IMG/VR virus record: IMGVR_UViG_3300030116_005302
Coordinates: 1-53,932 of that record
DNA length: 53,932 nucleotides
Direction: 5' to 3' (one strand)
Source of the DNA: a virus
Lineage: Duplodnaviria; Caudoviricetes
Below, one piece after another: positions 1-9,800 of the stretch. The position numbers and the translations under genes were made by a program. The notes under the pieces are model-generated. The model searched no databases and had not been told where the DNA came from. It saw only the letters and a program-made list of their open reading frames with translations. Numbering within the stretch: the first letter of the stretch is position 1; every line of letters begins with the position of its first letter.

Positions 1-2
1 TC

Positions 3-473
3 CAACCTGATTTATTTGCTGCTACAGAAGCTGACGTTAAAGGTACTGGTCTTCAATCTACTTTAGGTAAAAACATTTATAGTATTACTGAAGGTGTTGG
101 GGCTTCTGGGGCTCGACTAGGCATGGATGTGGGCTCATATAAATCTATTCAAGATGCTGCTGCTAAACGAGCTGAGAGAAGAGCTGATATGGCTTTGTTT
201 CAGAATGTTGCTGGAGTGCTTGGTACTGCTACAGGACAAGCAATTAAAAATAAAAGGTCAGGTGGTACCTTAACAAGACCTGGAGTTTATGATGCTACTA
301 CAATGAGTAGAAGGCCAGCTCAAGGTATAGGTGAGCGTTTTGCTGGTGGGGTTTTTGGTTCTGGATACGTTAACCCTCCTTCTAGTTCTTTTTTTGGAAA
401 CTCTAATACTTCTTCTAATTTTGGTTTGAATTCTTCTTTTTTATATACACCTACAAATAAATTAACAAAGTGA
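3..473 (+). CDS. 3' part of a virion/ejection protein, 5'-truncated by the window edge
   Basis: The frame of ORF 123..473 is open back to position 3 (QPDLFAATEADVKG...). It is Gly/Ala/Ser-rich and precedes the ejection-protein cluster. It probably continues the ORF starting at 53664. Confidence 0.6.
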   Translation, partial: QPDLFAATEADVKGTGLQSTLGKNIYSITEGVGASGARLGMDVGSYKSIQDAAAKRAERRADMALFQNVAGVLGTATGQAIKNKRSGGTLTRPGVYDATTMSRRPAQGIGERFAGGVFGSGYVNPPSSSFFGNSNTSSNFGLNSSFLYTPTNKLTK

Positions 474-481
474 AATAAAAA

Positions 482-1069
482 ATGGCTATTGGCGCTATAT
501 ATGATTTAAGTAATATTATAAATCAATCTAATGTAAATACGGCTAATCCTATAACTGGTATAGGTGACCCCGACACAGATTTATTAAGGCTTTTACAAGA
601 CAGGTACGATCTTTCAAGATCTTATAGTGACTTTAGAGCTGGGGAGATAGGTAAACTAAAAACTTTACCGGAGGATATGATTTCAAAAGCTAGGGAAAGA
701 ATACCTGGCCAGACTCAAAGATCTAAAGAAATGCAAGAACGTATGATGAGTAGATACGGTGGCCAAATGGATGGAGCTACAAGAGGGGATTTTTTAAGAC
801 GGCAAGATCTTGAAATTGCTAGGGGAGCTGTTGGGTCTGTTAATATAGCCGGTAGAATGGGTAGGGAATTACAAACAAAAGGCCTTTCTGATTATATTAA
901 TATAGCGCAAGGCATATCTTCTGATGCTATGGGCACTTTATCGCAAGGGGCAAAAATGGACGCTCGAAGGGATTCTGAGTATAGACAAGCAAAAGCTGCT
1001 AGAAAAGCTTCTATATATAATACTGTAGGCGGGTTTGCTACTACAGCTCTTATGGCTTTTGCTTTTTAA
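482..1069 (+). CDS. Putative small DNA ejection (pilot) protein
   Basis: 195 aa, Gly/Ala/Gln-rich and helical, with a hydrophobic C-terminus (TVGGFATTALMAFAF). Its position matches P22 gp7-like ejection proteins. Confidence 0.55.
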   Translation: MAIGAIYDLSNIINQSNVNTANPITGIGDPDTDLLRLLQDRYDLSRSYSDFRAGEIGKLKTLPEDMISKARERIPGQTQRSKEMQERMMSRYGGQMDGATRGDFLRRQDLEIARGAVGSVNIAGRMGRELQTKGLSDYINIAQGISSDAMGTLSQGAKMDARRDSEYRQAKAARKASIYNTVGGFATTALMAFAF

Positions 1070-1082
1070 GGAACTATAAATT

Positions 1083-3809
1083 ATGGCTAATGGTTATACA
1101 CGACAAAGTTTTGGTGCGTCCCCAGCTTTAGGTTTTTTAACAGCCGCTCTTAAAGCTGGAACCGGTCCGTCAACAAGAGAAAATTTACAAGTTAAGCAAT
1201 TAGCTGATTATGAATATAAACAGATGCAGAAGAAAGAAGGTATAGAACTGTTTAAAGCTCATGAAGATTTAGGACTTTTTAATGATGATGGTACTGTTAA
1301 TCCAGACAGAGTAAATATGTTGTTAAGTCCTCCAGGCGCAAAAACGTATACACAAACAATAATAGACGATAAAACTGGGGAAGAAAAAGAAGTAACGGTT
1401 CCTCTCGTATCTAAAGACAATGAAGATAAAAAATTATTCCAAAGGCTTCTTAAATATAGATTAAGTAAAATGCCGGGTGCAGGTAAAACTTTAAACGTAG
1501 AATCAGGCGAAGAAGAAGATTTTGAGTTTAACAGGATTCAGGAGTTTACAGCTGCTGATGGGACAAAAAAATATAATCTTTTTGGTAATAAATACGATAA
1601 AAGCGGTAAGTTTTTAGGTATTTTTCCTGTTACGAAACTTAGAACTAATTCAGACTCCGATATAGTAGCAGTATATGATCAATCTCAAATTATAAGTTTG
1701 CTAGAAGATTCTAGAAGACAGGCTATTAATCAAGGTGGCGCTGATACAATAGCCAATAGGGTACGATCCGCAAAATTACTTTACAATAATTATAAAGATC
1801 CAGCTGTAAATATGGTGGGTCCTTTAGAAGAAGCAATTAGAGATCTTCCTAGAGATTCTGAAGCTACAAAAACTATAATGATGGAAACTGTAAAACAAGC
1901 TGCTGCTACAGGAGATGTTGATCACCTTAGGAAAGAAGTGTTAGAAATGGGCATAGACGAAGCTGTGTTTAACGAAGCACTAGCTGACGCTATTAAAAAA
2001 TCAGAAGCAGCTAAAGCTATAGCGGCTAACCAAATAGAAGATACAACTGCAGGTAAAGCTTCTGCAGAAGCAGGTACTGAAAGTGGGCTTCCTGAAAATG
2101 AAATAGATGAAGAAAATACAAAGTTAGCAGAGGCTAGAACTTTACAAGTAAAACAATCCGTAGACTTATTTTTACCTACTAAACAACAAATAAATCCAAG
2201 AGGAAGATTTAAATCAAACGCAAAAAGGTCTTTTAGAACTGTCGTAGACCCTGAAAAAGATATAAGAGTAGTAGGCCCTAAAAGACAAGACGATAAAACT
2301 CCTTTATATAATGACCTAGTTATAAGTAAATTATCGGAAGAGTTTGCAGATAATGTCGATCTTAAAAATGAATTTCGAGCTACATTAGCGCAAGACCAAG
2401 CAAAAGGTTTACCTAGAGGAACTACTTTTGCTAATAAATATAATTTGGAAGAAGAACTAATTAAAGCAGATGGCCCTGATCAAAGATTTTTAGGGGGTGC
2501 AGGGCAATTAAAACGACAAGAGTTTCGAAGGTCTCAAGCTGCAGAAGCAGCTGACGCTGTATCCGATCAATTTCTTGGGGATGACCCTGAAAATATGGCG
2601 GCTAGGGATGCTTATGAAAAAGAAGTACTTCGTAGGCAAATGGCCGGAGAAGAACCTCTTACAGAATCTGAAAGAAGAAGTATGTTAGGCGAAGCTGGGG
2701 CTTTTGGTTTGCCTATGCTAGATAGAGTTGGGGGTGCACCAGAGACCGGAACAGGCCCAAGACGTGTAGCTGCTTTTTCTGCAAATTTTACAGACGATTC
2801 AAGGGGTAATATAGAAGCTTCATATCAACAAGGTATTGAAGCTTTAAAAGTTGATCCCAATAATCCTGAAGTACTTGGAAGAGTTGAAGAGTTTATGAAG
2901 GGTTATCTTGAAAGTGGCATACCTTTAGATAAATTCAAACCCGGTTCTCCAGACGCACGAAGAGTTTCCGCAAATCTACAAGCTAATGATGTTAGAACAG
3001 CTAAAGATTTATCTAGTATGAGTAGACCTGATGTTATAGAGGCAGCAGCTATGTTGTGGGCAAACTTACCTGCAGCTCAAAGAACTCCAGATAATTTAGC
3101 TAAATTTCAAAACTTAGCAGTAACAGGTGATCCAACTAAGTCTGGGGCTGCTATAGCTGTCGATGCAAGAGATGCTAGGATAAGTGCGCAAAATGCTAAT
3201 ACTAATTATATTAAAGCTATAGACGCTATACGAAAAAATACAAGAGAAGCTTTAAAACAAAAGGAACTTAGCGCTGGTGATGTTAAAAATATAGAAAGCT
3301 TGGTAAATGCTTTGTACCCTGTAGATATGGATCTTTCTTCTCCCTTAACAGGAGATAAAGCAGAAAAAGCTAGAAAGGAATTAACAAAAGCCCTTAATAT
3401 AAATTTGCAAGCTCTTAGAAATACTATAGGTTTTCCCGAAGAGCAAAAAAGAGCTATACAAATAAGGCAAAGTATTAATGCAGCTTTACCTAGTTATCTT
3501 GCTTTATTAAATAACGAATTAAAAGGTGCTAAAATTTTTTCACCTACAACATGGTTTAATGACTGGTTTAGTGGAGATGTATCAGCTTCAAGACTTGGTG
3601 GCGTGGAGGGTATAAGAATTATTTCAAATCCTAATGACCCTAGTAAAGTTAGTAAAATTATATTTATGTCTCCTGAAGGAAAAGAATATGCAGGAGAATT
3701 AGACTATAGCATAGTTAGTGAAGAAGTAGCATCTAGAGTTTTAGACCCTTTTATTAGGGCTGTACAAACTTTACAAAATAGTGCAAATCAAGCCCAGGTC
3801 CAAGAATGA
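1083..3809 (+). CDS. Putative internal virion/ejection protein (908 aa)
   Basis: Long ORF preceded by AAGGA, Cys-free and helical, lying between the pilot gene and the giant internal protein. Confidence 0.6.
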   Translation: MANGYTRQSFGASPALGFLTAALKAGTGPSTRENLQVKQLADYEYKQMQKKEGIELFKAHEDLGLFNDDGTVNPDRVNMLLSPPGAKTYTQTIIDDKTGEEKEVTVPLVSKDNEDKKLFQRLLKYRLSKMPGAGKTLNVESGEEEDFEFNRIQEFTAADGTKKYNLFGNKYDKSGKFLGIFPVTKLRTNSDSDIVAVYDQSQIISLLEDSRRQAINQGGADTIANRVRSAKLLYNNYKDPAVNMVGPLEEAIRDLPRDSEATKTIMMETVKQAAATGDVDHLRKEVLEMGIDEAVFNEALADAIKKSEAAKAIAANQIEDTTAGKASAEAGTESGLPENEIDEENTKLAEARTLQVKQSVDLFLPTKQQINPRGRFKSNAKRSFRTVVDPEKDIRVVGPKRQDDKTPLYNDLVISKLSEEFADNVDLKNEFRATLAQDQAKGLPRGTTFANKYNLEEELIKADGPDQRFLGGAGQLKRQEFRRSQAAEAADAVSDQFLGDDPENMAARDAYEKEVLRRQMAGEEPLTESERRSMLGEAGAFGLPMLDRVGGAPETGTGPRRVAAFSANFTDDSRGNIEASYQQGIEALKVDPNNPEVLGRVEEFMKGYLESGIPLDKFKPGSPDARRVSANLQANDVRTAKDLSSMSRPDVIEAAAMLWANLPAAQRTPDNLAKFQNLAVTGDPTKSGAAIAVDARDARISAQNANTNYIKAIDAIRKNTREALKQKELSAGDVKNIESLVNALYPVDMDLSSPLTGDKAEKARKELTKALNINLQALRNTIGFPEEQKRAIQIRQSINAALPSYLALLNNELKGAKIFSPTTWFNDWFSGDVSASRLGGVEGIRIISNPNDPSKVSKIIFMSPEGKEYAGELDYSIVSEEVASRVLDPFIRAVQTLQNSANQAQVQE

Positions 3810-3810
3810 T

Positions 3811-6800
3811 ATGGCAGTATCAGAATCCCCAAGAATGGGAGCACTTTTAGACCAAATAGCTAGAGCAGAAAGCAATAATCAACCAAATGTAATTTACGGG
3901 GGTGCTACTTTTAATGATTATTCAGATCATCCAAGACAATATGTTCCTATTGTATCAGGGCCTAATCAGGGTTTAAAAAGTTCAGGAGCAGGGGCATTTC
4001 AATTTATTGCTCCTACTTGGGATATTTATAAAGAAAAATTAAATTTACCTGATTTTTCTCCTGAAAGCCAAAGAATTGCTGCTGCTGAATTAGCCAGAGA
4101 CGATTATAAAAAAAGAACAGGTAGAGATCTTGATGTAGATTTAGAGTCCGATGATCCTAAAATTCAACAAGATATTTTTAGAAATTTAAATAAAACATGG
4201 ACTAGTATTCCTGGGGGTATAGAAGAACGGCCAGATTCTAATTGGGCTAGTGTTTGGGGGGCTCCCACAATTGGAGCAGGACCACAAATAGCCGCTGTAT
4301 CTCCAAGTGAAGAAAAGCCTTTTGATATTGCTGGTCTTGCCCTTAATTTTGTATTTCCTGAAGCACAAGCTGCTGAACCAGACACTACTCAATCTGTAAC
4401 TCAAGAACCCCCATCAGGTCCTATGACATCAAGAGATATTGATTTTGCAAGTAATGTAGCTGCTGCTACTAGTGTACTTGGCGATCCTATAATGACTCCT
4501 GAACAAGTAACACAAGACTTATATGAAGGTTCTTCTATAGGGTATGATCCTGTGTATACAGACGCTATTGATTCTAGGGGGGAGTTATTTGGTAGAGCAG
4601 TATCCTCTGGTAAAGCTGGGGTATTTTCAAGTTTCGATAGGCTTGGTGCTATTTATAATACTATATTAGGTGATGAAGAAGCTGCAGCTTTAAATCTTGA
4701 ACGAGCAAGAGTACGGGACGAAGAAGCTTCTAAGTTACTAGATGGTACTGCTACTTTTGATCAATTATTAGAAGAGCCTGATCTTGACACATTTCTAGAT
4801 GTATCGGTTAAAACTGTAGGATCAGCAGTTCCTTACGGTATTGAATCTTTAGCTGGTTGGTTTGTAGGGGCAACTTTAGCGACTATGTCTCCTGCAGTTG
4901 TAGCTGCTGGTGGACTTGCAACTGTAGCAGGAAAAGCATCTCTTAAAAAAATATTCGGTGATATTTTAACTAAAAAATTAATTAAAAAAGAAGCTCTTGA
5001 TACTGACAGTAAAGAGCTTATAGAAGGCGTACACACTCGTAGAAAATGGACAGATAGAGCTGAACTAGGAGGCCGTGTAGGAGGTTTTGGGGCTTCTTAT
5101 GCTATAGGTGCTCCAATGGCTCTTGAAGAATTTCAAGAGGCTGGCCAAGAATTAAATATTGATACCGCAATAAAATCAGCAATTTTAGGTGCGCCTATTG
5201 CTTTAATAGATACTTATACAGAAGATTATTTAAGAAAGACTTTATTTAAAGTAGCTAGGGCAAAAGCTGCTACAGCGCCTGGTAATTCACCTTTAAAGAA
5301 TTTTGCAAAAGCAGTAGGTGGTACTACGTTAAAAGGTGGGATAGGGGAAGGTGTTGCAGAAACTTCACAAGAAGCAGTTGTAGCAGCGCAGCGTTTATTA
5401 ATAGATCCCACTTATACTTTGCAGGATACCTATTTAAGATTAGGTGAATCTTTGTTTGGCGGCATAATGGCTGGTAAAGCTTTTGGGGCTGCTGGTGGCT
5501 CTCTTGCTGCTACACCTAAACTAGCCCGTGAAATGTTAAACAGGGTTAGGGAAAAATCTGTATTAGGTAAGATAAATACAGCAGAAACAGGGGTCGATGA
5601 TGAAACTGTATTATCTGGAAGGCCTACAGCAGAACCTAACGCTGATTTGGATCTTCAGTTAGAATTAACCGGCCTAGGAGCTAAAGATGCAACGTGGGTA
5701 TCTAATCGTGAAAACGTAAATAACATAGCACGTAAATACGGTATAGACCTTGACAGTTTAGGATACGACCCTGTAAAAGTTAAAAATACAAATCTTTCTG
5801 TAGCTAGGGTAAATAAAGCAGCTTCTGCGCAACCTGACGCTCAAGACGGCCTTATATTTTCTACAAACGAAAATATTATTAATGGTGTTTTAAAAGGCGG
5901 GGCTACACCTGAATCTTTAAAAGCTGCTCTTGGCTATAGCGCAGTTGCTCCTGCTAATGCAGATACTTCTGTACAAGTTGAAATAAAAGCTGAAGACGGC
6001 TCTTCTAGAGTTATTTTTGCTCAAGCTGTAGATGGTACAGATCCAGAAGCATTAGCTGCTGCACAAGAAGCTGCTGAAAGACAACGAGCTCGTTTACCTG
6101 AACAATATCAAAGAAGTGCTACAGTAGAAACTATTGCTTTAGCTGCTGCATTAACTGGCAGACAAATTGTAGAAACTAAATCTACTGGTGATGATACTTT
6201 AGGTCAAATAGCAGCTTATGAAGAAACAGGTGAAGGTGGAGTTGCATTACCTTTAGACCCTTTAGTACAAACTATAAACGATCTTTCAAAAGAACGAGAT
6301 GCAATATTAGATCAAGTTAGGGTTGATAATGCAGAAACTTACGACATTATTAAAAGAACAGAAAACCGAATTAAAGAGTTAGTAGCAGATAAGGTTCAAA
6401 TACTTAATCAAATACGGGCAGAACGTGATATAGCACAACCTATAGGAATTGAAGGGGTAGACCCGGAAATACGTGAATTTTTAGATAATGTTTTAAGAAA
6501 TAATGTTGCTGCTGGTATTCGTAATGAAGTAGATCTTTATAATAAATTATTTACTGGTGGGCTTAGAAGAGCAACCCAACAAGATGCATTACAGGTAACC
6601 CACCCTGAAGCAGTAGACCAAATACAAACAATTAATAACGATATAGAAAGTTTAGAAAATTCTATAACGGGTTTAGAAAATACTTTATCTTCTGAAATTC
6701 GAAATTCTTTAGATTCTGTTGATGTAAGATTACGAAATACTAAAAATGAATTACAAAGAAAATCACTCGAAACAGCCCGTGAAGAAATGGTCGGAGCTGA

Positions 6801-9800
6801 AGAACGTAGAGCTCCTGGGTTACAACCGTTTGCACCTGTTAATAGATCTAAAATTACAAAACCTGACGAAATAGAAAAATTTGAAACTAACTGGAAAAAA
6901 GCTGAAAGTTTAATTGTTGCTCAAAGCGATCCAGAAAATTATGTTAATCGCAATATTGATATAGATGCATTAATAAATCTTGGGGTTACTAATGTTGATG
7001 CTACTGCTCTTGGTGAGTTAGTACAAGAAACTCCTTCTGACATATCATTAGTAGAACAAACTGCTAATAATAAGTTTGCAAAAGTATCTCAAGCATATAC
7101 AGCTCTTTTAGCATTTCAAAAATATAAAGGAAGAAATAATAGTTTTGCTGAAAGAAATGTAGTTCCTATTGGACCCCAACAAACTTCAAAACAACTGCAG
7201 GATGCAGTAAGAAATACACAAAAAGATTATGAAGCTTATGTTGCTAAAAATAGAGCTGCATTAGCAGAAACTATGCATAGTAATCCTGAAGCAATGCAAG
7301 AAAGAATTACAACAGTATCAGAAGAAATAGCTAACGAATTAGATACTACTATTGTAGAAAACGTAGAGGAACAAGTAGCTACAGATCCGATTATACCTTT
7401 TGATGTCAGACAAAGGATTGCAGAGGATATAAATAACTTTAGGCGTTTTAAACAAACTGCTAGTGATGCTTTAGTAAAAAATTTCATAAGTTCTTTAGAA
7501 GCTAACCAAAGAGCAGGAAACCCTAATTTTATTTATATAAAACTTGAAGAAAATCAATTTAGGATTGTGTCTCAATCTAAAGATGTATTGGTTTCAGAAG
7601 CTATTACTGATCGTGTTAATGCACTAAATACCGATTATAAAGAAGACTCTTACAATACTACAGAATGGACGTATAGACTGGTTGGTGAATTGTTATCTCA
7701 AAGTGCAAGGGATTCTATTTTTGTATTAAAAGGTCCTAAAACAGATCATCAATCGTCTTCAACTAAAGATAAAGGTAAAAAAGCTACTTTAAAACCCGAA
7801 GGTAGTAAGATTACATTAGGTAATGTAATTAAATATGGGAAAGCTATAAATATAGCTACAGATACTGCTTTAGTTGGGGAAGGGATAACTCGTGAACAAT
7901 CAAATCAATTAGCATTAAGCAGGGCTGTAACAGAGTTAAAAAGCCTAGGGTATACTATAGAAGTAAATAATAAAGATATTTTTGATTTTTTAAGTGATAC
8001 AGAAACTCAAATTTATAAAAATAATGTAGGCAGGCTTAGGGTAAAACATGATATTAAAGACGGAGAAAAAGTTACAACTTATGTAAATGTTGCTAACAAT
8101 ATGCCTGTTGTAATGCCTAATGAGATAGTGCCTGGCCATGTAGGGACAAATGGGGAAATATTTTTAGCAAGGCTTGTAATTAGAAATGGGGTGTTACAAG
8201 ATTTTTCTAGGCTATCAGAAGCAAATAAAGAACTTTCTGACATATTAGAAACTGCTACTACATTTGAAACACGGGATGCTAAAGGCCAAGTAACTAATAA
8301 TCCATTTACTTTAGCTGATTACTTTCTTACCAAAGCCCCATTACCTGCTTCTTCTCCTCGTTACACTGTACCGGGAGAAACTCAGTATTTACGGTATAAA
8401 TCTTTTCTTAAACAAATTGAAAATCTTAAAAATGCAGAACCTGAAGTAGCTATTGATATGTCAGAAGAAGGTTTTGTAGGAGCCGCAAATTTAGAAAGAG
8501 ATAATAAAATAAGAACTTTAGAATTTGCTGCTAAAGAGCTTCTTGGAAAAGTTCATTTTATTAAATATAGCCCTGAATTTAAAGAATGGTATTTTGAATC
8601 TCGAAATATGGATTTATACGATTCTAGTGTTGAAGAGTCTATGGACTATACAACTATAAATAAAGCCATTATGGATTACATAGGCGAGGAAGTAGAAAAT
8701 AAACATATAAGAGAGTTAGATCAAGCAATAATAGACCCTACTAGAGATAAACTATATAGCAAACGAACGTATGATGTAGATGGAAATGTTGAATACCATG
8801 ATGTTGAGTTTATTGGCGAAGGAGATTTTGCTGATTTAACACAAGCAGAAATTGTAGAAGGTTTATTTACTAGTAGAAGTTATGACCCTACTTCAAAGCT
8901 TCAATACGATACTCCTGTAAATAAAATTATTAAACAAAATAATAGAAGTTTATATAAAGCTCATAATATAAAAAATAATTGGGGTAGAGGTATTCGTTTA
9001 TTTGGAAAGATTGAAGTCAATAAAAAATATGAAACATTTAAAGATTTTGCGTCAAGGGCATTTAATCTACTTAAACTTAAAACTCCTCAACATGTCATAT
9101 TATTATCAGACTTAATAGACAACAGGGATACGTATAAAGGTTTTTTTAGAGATACTTATGGGCATTTTAATGAAATTGTAAATAGGTATTTAAATCAAAC
9201 TAATGACGCTTTAAAAGATCAGCCTAATAATAAAAGTTTGTTAATATTTAAAGAAATACTTGAAGAAGGCGAAGTTACAGAAGCTATTACTAAAAAATAT
9301 ATAAAAACAAAAGACGCTGAAGTTTATCAAAATGCTGTAGACAGATTTGAAAAATTGGTAGTAGACGAGTCTTTAGGCGAAGTGCAAGCTAATGCCGATG
9401 CTCAAATAGATAGAGTAATAAATGATTTTGTAAGAAATAATGGGAAATGGCCTCTTGGTATGAATGTTCCTTTAGGCGATAGCAACATTATTGTTATGAG
9501 AGATTTTGCTGTAAAAGAAAATGCAGCCGGAGTTTATGTACGGGATAAATCTAAAGATGTATCTTTAGAATTAATGTTACCTGTTTTTGCACATGAACTA
9601 GGTCATACTTTTGTTCGAGAATCAATAGACACACTTTTAGAAGCAAGTACAAAAAATAGTGCAATTTGGAAAAATCTTAATAATTCTTTTGAAGCTAAAA
9701 AAGCAGAACTTGAAAAAAATGGCGCTACAGAACATCAATATTTTAATGGCGAAACAGGTCTTAATGAATATATAGCTGACCAAGTTGGTAGTTGGCTAAT

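Noticed and set aside
3781-3810. GTG start at 3781 for the giant protein
   Set aside because: It overlaps the upstream gene by 29 nt, whereas the ATG at 3811 follows the upstream stop directly.
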